NCBI GenBank assembly: GCA_046048135.1
Contig: JBJOGR010000050.1
Coordinates: 4,180 to 68,179 of the forward strand
Length of the DNA: 64,000 nt
From: Actinomycetota bacterium
Lineage (GTDB): Bacteria > Actinomycetota > Actinomycetes > S36-B12 > UBA5976
Direction: 5' to 3'
Below are positions 48,832 to 60,686 of the stretch, one piece after another (the stretch's first letter is position 1; each line of letters starts with the position of its first letter). The notes below the pieces were generated by a model. That model saw only the letters and a program-made list of their open reading frames with translations. It did no database searches and was not told the DNA's origin. The position numbers and the translations under genes were made by a program.

Positions 48832-49686
48832 GTGATTTTCTTGGCTAACTTTATTTCTTTAGCAGAAGTTACTTGTAAATTTGGCGACACTGCTTGTCCA
48901 TTTCCAGCACCAGGTGCTGGAATATTTGTTTGGAAACCAATTACATCTTTAAATCTTGGTATCACCACAATTGATATAACAAAACCAGTTATTTTAGCTT
49001 TAATTTCAACAGTGATTGTTTCAGTAGTGTTCTTACTTGCTTTTTCAAGACCAAAATTAGTACCAACGGGATTACAAAATGTTGTTGAAGTTGGTTACTT
49101 ATTTGTCAGAGATAATATTGCCCGCGAAATTATGGGCAAAGATGGTGATCGATTTGTACCGTTGTTAACTTCAATATTCTTTTTTGTTTGGACTATGAAT
49201 GTGATGGCAATTGTGCCAGTTGCCCAATTTCCTGTAACTTCAAAGTTTGCCTTTCCTGTTGTTTTAGCAGTAATAGTTTGGTTAATTTATATGTTCTTGG
49301 GAATGAAAAACCAAGGTGTGGTGGGCTACTTTAAAAACATTGCATTTCCTCCAGGAATGCCAATTGGAATTTATCCGTTGCTTACACCAATTGAATTGCT
49401 ATCAACGATTATTATTCGTCCGGTAACGCTTGCGATTCGTTTGTTTGCCAATATGTTTGCTGGTCACTTATTGATTACAGTATTTACAGTTTCTGCATGG
49501 TATTTATTAAATCTTTCAAATTTTGTAGGCATAGTTTCAATAATTGGTTATCTTGGTTCAGCAGTTTCATTCTTTGTCACAATAGTTTTAACTGGTTTTG
49601 AAATGTTTATTCAAGCACTACAAGCTTTTATCTTCACATTGCTAACGGCTGTATTTATTTCCAGTTCGTTGCATGCGGAGCATTAA
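48832..49686 (+). CDS. atpB: F0F1 ATP synthase subunit a
   Basis: The essential Arg region is LAIRLFANMFAGHLL. It has 5-6 TM helices and a GTG start. Confidence 0.9.
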   Translation: MIFLANFISLAEVTCKFGDTACPFPAPGAGIFVWKPITSLNLGITTIDITKPVILALISTVIVSVVFLLAFSRPKLVPTGLQNVVEVGYLFVRDNIAREIMGKDGDRFVPLLTSIFFFVWTMNVMAIVPVAQFPVTSKFAFPVVLAVIVWLIYMFLGMKNQGVVGYFKNIAFPPGMPIGIYPLLTPIELLSTIIIRPVTLAIRLFANMFAGHLLITVFTVSAWYLLNLSNFVGIVSIIGYLGSAVSFFVTIVLTGFEMFIQALQAFIFTLLTAVFISSSLHAEH

Positions 49687-49697
49687 AAGAAAAGGTT

Positions 49698-49720
49698 TCT
49701 TGTAACAAATAGTTACAAGA
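49698..49720 (+). other. Intercistronic 9-bp perfect hairpin between atpB and atpE
   Basis: TCTTGTAAC-aaata-GTTACAAGA, followed by TTT. Confidence 0.6.
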
Positions 49721-49725
49721 TTTAA

Positions 49726-49977
<252 letters not shown>

Positions 49978-50009
49978 GTTTCTAACAACAAGAAAAACGG
50001 AGAGTGAAT

Positions 50010-50552
50010 ATGAACTGGATCCTCGCAGCAGAGGGTGCAGAAGGCGGTAGCAATGTTTTATTGCCACCAACTTATGAACTAGTTATTGGCACCATTGCAT
50101 TCTTTACTATTTTCTTTTTACTTTCTAAATTTGCTTTGCCAAATATTAGAAAAACATTAGAAGCAAGAACAGAAGCAATCGAAGGTGGAATTGCAAAGGC
50201 TGAAAAACTTCAGCAAGAAGCAGCCACCACATTAAGCCAATATCGTCAAAATCTTGCCGAAGCAAAATCAGAGGCTGCAAAGATTCGATCAAGTGCTGAA
50301 TCTGAACGGGCAACTTTGATTAATGAAGCAAGAAATGAAGCACAAAAAGCAGCACAAGTTGTTACCCAACAAGCAAATGCCCAAATTGAAGTAGAAAAAA
50401 CTAAAGCAGTGAATGAATTGCGTTTAGATGTTTCTAATTTGGCTCTTGGACTTGCTGAAAAAATCGTCGGAGCTTCACTTTCTGATGATGCAAAAGCCAA
50501 AGCGGTAATAGATCAGTTCATTAAAGATCTAGAAAGCGTAAAAGGTAAATAA
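50010..50552 (+). CDS. atpF: F0F1 ATP synthase subunit b
   Basis: It has a single N-terminal TM helix followed by a long Ala/Glu/Lys-rich helix. ATG 50010 lies behind the SD GGAGAG, whereas the ORF track starts at GTG 50004. Confidence 0.9.
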   Translation: MNWILAAEGAEGGSNVLLPPTYELVIGTIAFFTIFFLLSKFALPNIRKTLEARTEAIEGGIAKAEKLQQEAATTLSQYRQNLAEAKSEAAKIRSSAESERATLINEARNEAQKAAQVVTQQANAQIEVEKTKAVNELRLDVSNLALGLAEKIVGASLSDDAKAKAVIDQFIKDLESVKGK

Positions 50553-51359
50553 ATGTTAGGTGCAAGCAAGAATTCTTATTCAGCATTAATAAAGGCAGTT
50601 GATTCCAGTAAGGAAATTCAATCCTTTAATGATGCTAAAAGTTTACTTGCCGCAGCAAGATTAATTGCTCTAAATAAATCTTTGCTTAATACTTTGACTG
50701 ATTCAGGTTTATCAAATGAAGCAAGATCAGGTATTGCTAAAGATTTATTAACTCAAATTGGTTCAAAATCAGCTATTGAATTAATTGCTCGAGCAGTGAC
50801 TCTTCGATGGAGTGATCCAGAAGATTTAGTAAAAGCTCTAGAAGCAAGTGGATTTAGAGCTGCTTTTGCAGGTAGTGAAAATAGCAACGAACTAGATAGA
50901 GTTGAAGATGAAATTTTTGCTTTTGAGAGAGCAATTGCAGCAAGTGGCGAATTAGAACTTATGCTTGCAGATCCAAACATCTCAATTGAATCAAGATTGA
51001 AAATAATCAATGATTTAGTTGGAAAAACCTTTACGCAAACTTCTATTGAATTAGTAAATTACGCACTTGGCAATCGACATGGAAGATCAATTACTACTAC
51101 TTTAAAAGATCTATCCAAGCTTGCCGCAGATCGAAGAGGAAGACTTTTAGCAGAAGTAACAACTGCTATTGCACTTTCTGCCGATCAAGAATCAAGATTG
51201 GTGAGTGCATTAAAAGCTATTTATAAACAAGATATCCAACTTAAAAAAGTTGTCGATAAAAAAATAATTGGGGGAGTAGCTGTTCGAATCGGCGACGAGG
51301 TTATCGATGGCACAGTTTCAAACCGAATTGCCCAAATAAAACGAGAATTAGCAGTATAA
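50553..51359 (+). CDS. atpH: F0F1 ATP synthase subunit delta (extended, 268 aa)
   Basis: Has the OSCP/delta C-terminal pattern (IGGVAVRIGDEVIDGTV..RI). Its position is between atpF and atpA. It is about 90 aa longer than canonical delta subunits. Confidence 0.9.
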   Translation: MLGASKNSYSALIKAVDSSKEIQSFNDAKSLLAAARLIALNKSLLNTLTDSGLSNEARSGIAKDLLTQIGSKSAIELIARAVTLRWSDPEDLVKALEASGFRAAFAGSENSNELDRVEDEIFAFERAIAASGELELMLADPNISIESRLKIINDLVGKTFTQTSIELVNYALGNRHGRSITTTLKDLSKLAADRRGRLLAEVTTAIALSADQESRLVSALKAIYKQDIQLKKVVDKKIIGGVAVRIGDEVIDGTVSNRIAQIKRELAV

Positions 51360-51367
51360 GAAACTTC

Positions 51368-51394
51368 CTGTTCTTACAAAATTTGTAAGAACAG
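51368..51394 (+). other. Intercistronic 13-bp perfect hairpin between atpH and atpA
   Basis: CTGTTCTTACAAA-a-TTTGTAAGAACAG, followed by AAAAAAG (no T-run). Confidence 0.6.
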
Positions 51395-51422
51395 AAAAAA
51401 GAGAAGAAAGGCAGTAATCAAA

Positions 51423-53057
51423 ATGACTGAACTCCAGATCAAACCTGAAGATATCCGGAGTGCTATCGAAAAAAATGTTGCCAATTTCAATCCAAAGACA
51501 ACTAAGGATGAAGTAGGACGCGTAGCAGAAACTGGTGACGGTATTGCCCGTGTTGAAGGTTTGCCATCAGCAATGACAAGTGAATTACTTGAATTTGAAA
51601 ATGGTTTATTAGGTGTAGCACTTAACTTAGACGTTGCAGAAATCGGCGCAGTACTTCTTGGAGATTCTTCAGGTATCCAAGAAGGACAAGAAGTTAGAAG
51701 AACTGGCCGTGTACTAGAAGTTCCAGTAGGAGAAGCATTCTTAGGAAGAACTGTAGATCCATTGGGTAATCCAATTGATGGACTTGGTCCAATCAAAGCT
51801 TCAGCATCTCGTGCTTTGGAATTACAAGCTCCCACAGTAGTTGAACGCCAACCAGTTAAAGAATCTTTAGAGTTTGGTGTAAAAGCAGTAGATGCAATGA
51901 CTGCAGTAGGTAGAGGTCAGCGCCAATTAATTATTGGAGATCGTGGCACAGGTAAAACCGCATTAGCAATTGATGCCATTATCAATCAAAAAGAAAATTG
52001 GAAATCAGGAGATCCAAAGAAACAAGTTAGATGTATTTATGTTGCTGTGGGACAAAAAGGTTCCACAATTGCCTCTGTTAGAGCAACTTTAGAAAAATAC
52101 GGTGCGTTGGAATACACCACTATTGTTGCTGCAACTGCATCAGATCCTGCAGGTTTTAAATTCATTGCACCATATGCAGGTTCTGCAATTGGACAACATT
52201 GGATGTATGAAGGAAAAGCTGCACTTATTGTGTTTGATGATTTAACAAAACAAGCCGAAGCTTATCGTGCAGTTTCACTGTTACTTCGTCGTCCGCCAGG
52301 TCGTGAAGCTTATCCTGGAGATGTTTTTTATTTACACTCTCGTTTATTAGAGCGTTGTGCAAAATTATCAAATGAATTAGGTGCAGGTTCATTAACTGGT
52401 TTACCAATTATTGAAACTAAAGCAAATGACGTTTCTGCCTATATTCCAACCAACGTAATTTCTATTACTGATGGTCAAATATTTTTGGAAACAGATTTAT
52501 TCAACTCAGGTATAAGACCTGCGATTAACGTGGGTATTTCTGTTTCACGTGTAGGTGGATCTGCTCAACCAAAAGCAATGAGAAAAGTTGCTGGACGTTT
52601 GCGTTTAGATTTGGCTCAATTTCGTGAACTAGAAGCATTTGCTGCTTTTGGTTCAGATCTTGATGCTGCTTCAAAACAACAATTGGAACGCGGTTCAAGA
52701 TTGGTTCAATTATTAATCCAAGGTCAATATGCACCACTGCCAATGGAAAAAGCAGTTGCATCACTTTGGGCAGGAACTACCGGGAATCTAGACGATGTGC
52801 CAGTTGATGACATTTCTAGATTTGAAGTTGAATTCCATAATTATCTAGATCGTGAACATAGTTCAGTTTTGAAATCAGTCAGAGAAACAAGAGATTTGAG
52901 TGATTCAGATATTGAAACTTTGAAAACAGCAATCAACAACTTTAAAAAACAATTTGTGAAAGCTAATGGTCAACCACTATTAGTCGACACAGATGTTGAA
53001 GCTTTAGCTGAAGAAGATGTTGAACAAGCACAAATCAAAATTCAGAAGAGAGCATAA
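51423..53057 (+). CDS. atpA: F0F1 ATP synthase subunit alpha (with C-terminal extension)
   Basis: Has Walker A GDRGTGKT, plus [11 protein letters not shown] and [20 protein letters not shown]. 544 aa. Confidence 0.97.
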   Translation: MTELQIKPEDIRSAIEKNVANFNPKTTKDEVGRVAETGDGIARVEGLPSAMTSELLEFENGLLGVALNLDVAEIGAVLLGDSSGIQEGQEVRRTGRVLEVPVGEAFLGRTVDPLGNPIDGLGPIKASASRALELQAPTVVERQPVKESLEFGVKAVDAMTAVGRGQRQLIIGDRGTGKTALAIDAIINQKENWKSGDPKKQVRCIYVAVGQKGSTIASVRATLEKYGALEYTTIVAATASDPAGFKFIAPYAGSAIGQHWMYEGKAALIVFDDLTKQAEAYRAVSLLLRRPPGREAYPGDVFYLHSRLLERCAKLSNELGAGSLTGLPIIETKANDVSAYIPTNVISITDGQIFLETDLFNSGIRPAINVGISVSRVGGSAQPKAMRKVAGRLRLDLAQFRELEAFAAFGSDLDAASKQQLERGSRLVQLLIQGQYAPLPMEKAVASLWAGTTGNLDDVPVDDISRFEVEFHNYLDREHSSVLKSVRETRDLSDSDIETLKTAINNFKKQFVKANGQPLLVDTDVEALAEEDVEQAQIKIQKRA

Positions 53058-53066
53058 AGACTAAAA

Positions 53067-55444
<2,378 letters not shown>

Positions 55445-55453
55445 AAATAACTT

Positions 55454-55819
55454 ATGCCATTAAAAGTTGAAGTTGTTGCCACTGACTCACAAGTTTGGTC
55501 AGGAGAAGCAAGCAGAGTTGTGTTAAGAACTAAATCAGGTGAAATTGGTTTACTTCCTGGACACTCACCTTTGCTTGCTTCTTTAGCCGATGGTCCAATT
55601 TCAATTAAACCTGTTGAAGGCGAAGAAATAAAAGCAGCAATTCACGGTGGATTTGTCACAGTAGATAGTAATAACGTAATTGTTTTAGCTGATACAGCAG
55701 AATTGGCAAGTCAAATTGATATTAAACGTGCCCAACTTGCAAAAGAAGAAGCTATTAAATCAGGAGATAAAGAAGCTTTAAAAAGAGCTGAATCTCGTTT
55801 AGCTATAACTGGAAACTAA
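55454..55819 (+). CDS. atpC: F0F1 ATP synthase subunit epsilon (short, 121 aa)
   Basis: It has an N-terminal beta-sandwich (GEIGLLPGHSPLLASL) and a short C-terminal helical region. Confidence 0.9.
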   Translation: MPLKVEVVATDSQVWSGEASRVVLRTKSGEIGLLPGHSPLLASLADGPISIKPVEGEEIKAAIHGGFVTVDSNNVIVLADTAELASQIDIKRAQLAKEEAIKSGDKEALKRAESRLAITGN

Positions 55820-56299
55820 TTAGCCTAATTTTGCTTTAACTTTTGCAGCTAAAAGTGCACCATCTGTTCTACCCACAGTTTTAGGTTGAACAATTTTCAT
55901 AACAACACCCATTGCTTTTCCACCTTCAGCACCTTGCGCTTTTGCTTCAGCAATTGCTTCATCAATAATTTTGTTTAATTCATCTTCAGTTAATGCTTGG
56001 GGCAAATATTTTTCTAACACTTTAAGTTCTGCAGCTTCTTTGTCTGCTAAATCTTTTCGATTGGCTTGATTAAAAGCTTCAACTGATTCTTTTCTTTTTT
56101 TAGCTTCTTTTGTCAAAACACTTAGAACTTCTGTATCACTTAAAACTTTTGCTTCCTTGCCAGAAACTTCTTCATTGGTGATAGCCGTTAAAGCCATTCG
56201 AATAGTAGAAGATTTAACTGAATCTTGATCTTTTAGACTTTGAGTCAAATCTTGTTTTAATTGCTCTTTTAAAGAAGTCATACCTCTATTGTGCCTCAC
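55820..56299 (-). CDS. GatB/YqeY domain-containing protein
   Basis: 159 aa, all-helical. LKQDLTQSLKDQD..K..TIRMALTAITNEEV and C-terminal ...DGALLAAKVKAKL match the YqeY pattern. Its stop codon directly abuts the atpC stop. Confidence 0.75.
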   Translation of the reverse strand: MRHNRGMTSLKEQLKQDLTQSLKDQDSVKSSTIRMALTAITNEEVSGKEAKVLSDTEVLSVLTKEAKKRKESVEAFNQANRKDLADKEAAELKVLEKYLPQALTEDELNKIIDEAIAEAKAQGAEGGKAMGVVMKIVQPKTVGRTDGALLAAKVKAKLG

Positions 56300-56422
56300 A
56301 ACTTATTGTTAAGTTGAAGTAGGTCAATAAGATTTGGACTTTTTTGCCCACTTTTGGCCTAGTAAATCTTCATGAATTTATAGCATCATTATCGCCATTG
56401 CATTACAAATGAGAGTAGAAAA

Positions 56423-56623
56423 TTGTCAAAGCGTCTGTTAAGGCCTGGCGAAGTAGCTGAACTATTTAAGGTCAATCCTAAAACTGTTAAAAGATGGGTG
56501 CAGGCAAATAAATTAAAAGCTATTCAAACACCCGGTGGTCACTCTCGATTTGAATTTGATTACATCATGGACATGATTAAAAATTCACCAAAAGTATTAC
56601 TAATCATCTTCTTTCTTTTGTAA
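56423..56623 (+). CDS. BldC-like small MerR/excisionase-type HTH DNA-binding protein
   Basis: 66 aa. LLRPGEVAELFKVNPKTVKRWVQANKLKAIQTPGGHSRF parallels the Streptomyces BldC pattern (L.P.EVA..F.V.PKTV.RW...GKL..I.T.GGH.R) and there is no effector domain. TTG start. Confidence 0.7.
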   Translation: MSKRLLRPGEVAELFKVNPKTVKRWVQANKLKAIQTPGGHSRFEFDYIMDMIKNSPKVLLIIFFLL

Positions 56624-56719
56624 TCAACCGTTCGTAAAAATCGGACATTTCAAAACCTATATTGACTCCTAATTGAATTAAGTTGTTAAATTGAGACACC
56701 TAATAAATTGAGGTGTTTT

Positions 56720-57469
56720 GTGTTAGATGATTGGCAACAATCAATTGCCACGATTCAAGAATTCATTAAATTTCTAAAGTATCCAAATTTGACAGAGCAA
56801 GATATTTGTCATCATTTGGTAACTGATTCATTAAAAGATCATGGAATAATTTCTGCCTTTATTGTTCATTCAACAAATAGAGGAACAGTTAAGACTTCAG
56901 GACAATTTGGCATCACCAAAACTTATGCAAGTAATTGGATGGAATTTCCAATTGATAGAAAAGTTCCTGTAACTGATGCAATTAAAGAAAATAAAATTGT
57001 TTGGGTAAACACTCTTCCTTATTGGTCAGAAGAGTATAGAGAATTACAAAATTTTGAATTAGATAATCGATCAAAGACATTCATAGCAGTCCCTTATTCA
57101 AGTTTGAAATATCCAAAGGTTGTTTTAGGTTTGTTTTCAGACCGAGAACTTTCACCAAGTCCTGTTTTTGAATCATTAATTCAAATTTTGAGTAATTTAT
57201 CTGGAATAAAACTTGATCAAGATTATGAAAAAAGAGTTGAATCTTTAATTGAAAATAATAAGACTAAGAATCTAACCAGAAGACAAAAACAAATCGTTAA
57301 TTTATTGATGCAAGAAAACTCAAATTCCGAGATTGCTGATTTTTTAGGTTATAGTATTTCAACTATTAAGCAAGAAATAAGTAAAATTTATTCCGAACTT
57401 GGTGTCAGAAATAGAGAAGATTTAATTACTTATCTTTCAGGATTTACATCTCAACTCGAGAAACTTTAG
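56720..57469 (+). CDS. LuxR/GerE-family transcriptional regulator with an uncharacterised (GAF-like?) N-terminal sensor domain
   Basis: The C-terminal HTH is [54 protein letters not shown] 56720 lies 5 nt after the SD GAGGTG and is preferred over TTG 56708. The N-terminal ~185 aa has no motif I can name. Confidence 0.75.
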   Translation: MLDDWQQSIATIQEFIKFLKYPNLTEQDICHHLVTDSLKDHGIISAFIVHSTNRGTVKTSGQFGITKTYASNWMEFPIDRKVPVTDAIKENKIVWVNTLPYWSEEYRELQNFELDNRSKTFIAVPYSSLKYPKVVLGLFSDRELSPSPVFESLIQILSNLSGIKLDQDYEKRVESLIENNKTKNLTRRQKQIVNLLMQENSNSEIADFLGYSISTIKQEISKIYSELGVRNREDLITYLSGFTSQLEKL

Positions 57470-58706
57470 CTCCTAAATTTTGTAAATTTTCTACAAAATT
57501 TGCATAACCTCTATCTACGTGATGAACTTCGTGAACAAAAGTTGTGCCATCTGCAACTAATCCAGCCAGAACTAAAGAAGCACCTGCTCTTACATCAGTG
57601 CCTTCTACAGGAGCACCTGATAAATCATCAATTCCTCTCACTAAACAATGATGACCATTAATTTTTACATCTGCACCAAGACGAGCTAATTCATTTACAA
57701 ATCTAAATCTTGCTTCAAATAAGTTTTCAGTAACCATAGATGAACCTTGCGCAATTGCATTAAGGGCAATCATTTGAGGTTGTAAATCTGTGGGAAATCC
57801 AGGATAAGGAAGGGTGACTATGTCAACTGCTTTTGGTCTTTGTCGCATTGTCACATGTAATCGATCATCTACAGATTTAATTTCAGCACCTGTATCTCGT
57901 AATTTTTCTAAAACTAATTCCATATCTGTTGGTCTTACTCCATGAATTGTTATGTCACCTTGCGTTATTACTGCTGCGATCGCCCAAGTTCCTGCCACAA
58001 TTCGATCAGGAACAACATCGTGAGTTGTTGGATTTAATTTCTCAACTCCAGTTATTTCTAAAACACTTGAACCAATTCCATCAATTTTTGCACCCATTTT
58101 TACCAACATCTGACATAAATCAACAATTTCAGGTTCGCGAGCAACATTTTCAATCGTGGAAGTTCCTTTAGCTAACGTGGCAGCCATTACTACGTTTTCA
58201 GTTGCACCAACACTTGGAAAATCAAGAGCAATATTTGTGCCAGATAAGCCATTTTCTGCACGCACAATTAAATAGCCATGTTCACTATGTACATCGCATC
58301 CTAATTTTTCTAAACCTTGCAAATGAATATCTAAACCACGAGAACCAATGGCATCTCCTCCAGGAAGAGCAATATCTGCTTCAAAACATCTTGCAACTAA
58401 AGGACCAAGTACTGAAATTGAAGCACGCATTTTTCTTACTAAGTCATAATCTGCTTTATGGCCAATTTTTTCCGGAACTTCAATAACTATTTTTGAATTT
58501 TTTGAATCATGTGAAACTTGGCAGCCTAATCTTCTTAAAAGTTCAGCCATAATTTCAACATCTAAAATATTTGGGACATTTGTTAAAGTTGTGGTTCCCT
58601 GTGCCATAAGGGATGCAGCCATTAGTTTTAAAACACTATTTTTTGCACCAGGAACATAGACATCGCCTTTTAAAGGTCCTGATTTTTCAACTTTGAATGC
58701 TTCCAT
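57444..58706 (-). CDS. murA: UDP-N-acetylglucosamine 1-carboxyvinyltransferase
   Basis: Contains [29 protein letters not shown] and the C-terminal HVDRGYANF. The 3' end overlaps the LuxR gene by 26 nt. Confidence 0.95.
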   Translation of the reverse strand: MEAFKVEKSGPLKGDVYVPGAKNSVLKLMAASLMAQGTTTLTNVPNILDVEIMAELLRRLGCQVSHDSKNSKIVIEVPEKIGHKADYDLVRKMRASISVLGPLVARCFEADIALPGGDAIGSRGLDIHLQGLEKLGCDVHSEHGYLIVRAENGLSGTNIALDFPSVGATENVVMAATLAKGTSTIENVAREPEIVDLCQMLVKMGAKIDGIGSSVLEITGVEKLNPTTHDVVPDRIVAGTWAIAAVITQGDITIHGVRPTDMELVLEKLRDTGAEIKSVDDRLHVTMRQRPKAVDIVTLPYPGFPTDLQPQMIALNAIAQGSSMVTENLFEARFRFVNELARLGADVKINGHHCLVRGIDDLSGAPVEGTDVRAGASLVLAGLVADGTTFVHEVHHVDRGYANFVENLQNLGAKVSRVEM

Positions 58707-58765
58707 GACTCACCAGAGTACCCAACCAAAGTGTGCAAACTGCATTTCAGACATAGGCTCTACTC

Positions 58766-59338
58766 ATGGTTAATTTAACTCGCATCTATACCCGCACCGG
58801 TGATGATGGAACTACGGCTTTGGGAGATATGTCTAGAGCCTTAAAAACAGATTTAAGACTTGAAGCTTTTGCAGATGTAGATGAAGCAAATTCTGCAATT
58901 GGAGTGGCAATTGCCATGGGAGATTTAGATCAAGATGTTAAAGATTTATTGACCAGAGTTCAAAATGATTTATTTGATGTTGGAGCAGATTTAGCTACTC
59001 CGGTTGGAAAGAAAAACGATGTTCCCCAATTAAGAGTTTTGCCAAATTATGTTGATGCATTAGAAAAAGCAATTGATCATTACAACTCATTTTTGCAACC
59101 ACTAAATTCATTTATTCTTCCCGGAGGAACTCCAGGTGCGGCACTACTTCATGTTGCTAGAACTATTGTGAGACGTGCTGAAAGATCAACTTGGACAGCT
59201 TTGACTGCTCACAAAATTGTTATGACAGAAACTCCAGCAAGATATTTAAATCGATTATCTGATTTATTGTTTGTGTTGGCTCGTTATGCCAATAGGAACC
59301 AAGGTGATGTCTTATGGGTTCCTGGTGCAAATAGATAA
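58766..59338 (+). CDS. ATP:cob(I)alamin adenosyltransferase, PduO type
   Basis: Contains IYTRTGDDGTT, LPGG and RTIVRRAER. Confidence 0.85.
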   Translation: MVNLTRIYTRTGDDGTTALGDMSRALKTDLRLEAFADVDEANSAIGVAIAMGDLDQDVKDLLTRVQNDLFDVGADLATPVGKKNDVPQLRVLPNYVDALEKAIDHYNSFLQPLNSFILPGGTPGAALLHVARTIVRRAERSTWTALTAHKIVMTETPARYLNRLSDLLFVLARYANRNQGDVLWVPGANR

Positions 59339-59339
59339 C

Positions 59340-59669
59340 TTAAACTAACTTTTTTAAAACTTCCTTAGCAATTTTTTCATCTTTTGGCCAAACCATTATT
59401 TGAGGACCCTCTAACGTAAAGGCAAGTGTGGCTTTGATGTTGTTTGCTAATAATTTTTGTCTTAATTTTTCTCCATCAGCGTAATTTTCTGGATTTATTA
59501 TTGGCACTAACATTCCATAATCATCTTTAAAGCTAGCTTTGGTTGGTCTTTCAATTAGCGAGGATTTCTTAGGGCTATAAGCCCATTTCAAAATTGCTAC
59601 AAATATTAAAATACCTATTCCCACTAATAGTGGAACAAGTAAATATGTAGTGCTGCCCCAAGTCATCAT
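59340..59669 (-). CDS. Small N-terminally anchored protein of unknown function
   Basis: 109 aa with one TM helix ([21 protein letters not shown]) followed by a ~70-aa soluble domain. Its stop lies 1 nt from the convergent adenosyltransferase stop. Confidence 0.5.
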   Translation of the reverse strand: MMTWGSTTYLLVPLLVGIGILIFVAILKWAYSPKKSSLIERPTKASFKDDYGMLVPIINPENYADGEKLRQKLLANNIKATLAFTLEGPQIMVWPKDEKIAKEVLKKLV

Positions 59670-59714
59670 GTATGCAATTGTTGCGCACTTTCAGCAATCC
59701 GGCATCATCAAGTT

Positions 59715-60386
59715 ATGAGACTTCTCGTGGCCAAATGCACAGTTGATTATGTGGGAAGACTTACTGCCCATTTACCTGAAGCCACTAGACTAATTCTTTT
59801 TAAAGCAGATGGATCTGTTTCAATACATGCAGATGATCGTGCTTACAAACCTCTTAATTGGATGAGTCCACCTTGCATTACAAAGGAGACAAATCAAGAC
59901 GAAAAGAAAATAATAACGGTTGAAAATAAAGCTGGAGAAAAATTAGTAATTACAGTTTCAGAAGTAATTCATAATTCAATTCATGAATTAGGAGTTGATC
60001 CTGGTTTAGTTAAAGATGGAGTTGAAGCTCATTTGCAGGAATTGTTAGCAATTCATCTCGATACGTTTGGTAAAAATTGGCATTTAGTAAGACGTGAATA
60101 TCCAACGGCAATAGGTCCAGTTGATTTATTGTGCAAAGACGAAAATGGAAAAAATGTAGCCGTAGAAATAAAAAGACGTGGGGAAATTGATGGGGTTGAG
60201 CAATTAACAAGATATTTAGAATTACTTAACAGAGATCCATTACTTGCTCCCGTTAGTGGTGTTTTTGCAGCTCAAGAAATAAAACCACAAGCAAAAACTT
60301 TGGCCGAAGATAGAGGCATTCGCTGTGTAGTAGTTGATTATGAAGCTTTACGTGGTTTCGATCGTAAAGAAGAAAGATTGTTTTAG
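59715..60386 (+). CDS. nucS: Endonuclease NucS (EndoMS), non-canonical mismatch repair nuclease
   Basis: [50 protein letters not shown] is the characteristic NucS N-terminal domain. The C-terminal RecB-like nuclease motifs are GPVDLLCKD...VAVEIKRRG. The protein ends ...EERLF. Confidence 0.9.
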   Translation: MRLLVAKCTVDYVGRLTAHLPEATRLILFKADGSVSIHADDRAYKPLNWMSPPCITKETNQDEKKIITVENKAGEKLVITVSEVIHNSIHELGVDPGLVKDGVEAHLQELLAIHLDTFGKNWHLVRREYPTAIGPVDLLCKDENGKNVAVEIKRRGEIDGVEQLTRYLELLNRDPLLAPVSGVFAAQEIKPQAKTLAEDRGIRCVVVDYEALRGFDRKEERLF

Positions 60387-60395
60387 GATAGAAAA

Positions 60396-60686
60396 ATGCC
60401 CAGAAGAAATAAAGATAAAAAAACAAAAAAAGAAGATAGAGGTTTTGACCTTAATCGATTAATGGGCATCGAAAAAACAGAGAGTTGGAATGATGGCGAT
60501 TGGATTGTTAGAAGAGTCACTGGATCTGCCGCAACAAAACCTTATCGATGTCCAGGCTGTGATCAAGAAATTAGAACAGCCACTCCTCATACAGTTGCAT
60601 ACTTAATTGGTCAGTTAGAAGATAGAAGACATTGGCATACCCCATGCTGGAACACAAATAGAAAAAAATTCAAAAGAGAAGACTAA
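60396..60686 (+). CDS. Small basic zinc-ribbon-like protein conserved next to nucS in actinobacteria
   Basis: 96 aa with Lys/Arg-rich N- and C-termini. The central YRCPGCDQEI...RRHWHTPCW provides CxxC plus H/C ligands. Confidence 0.65.
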   Translation: MPRRNKDKKTKKEDRGFDLNRLMGIEKTESWNDGDWIVRRVTGSAATKPYRCPGCDQEIRTATPHTVAYLIGQLEDRRHWHTPCWNTNRKKFKRED

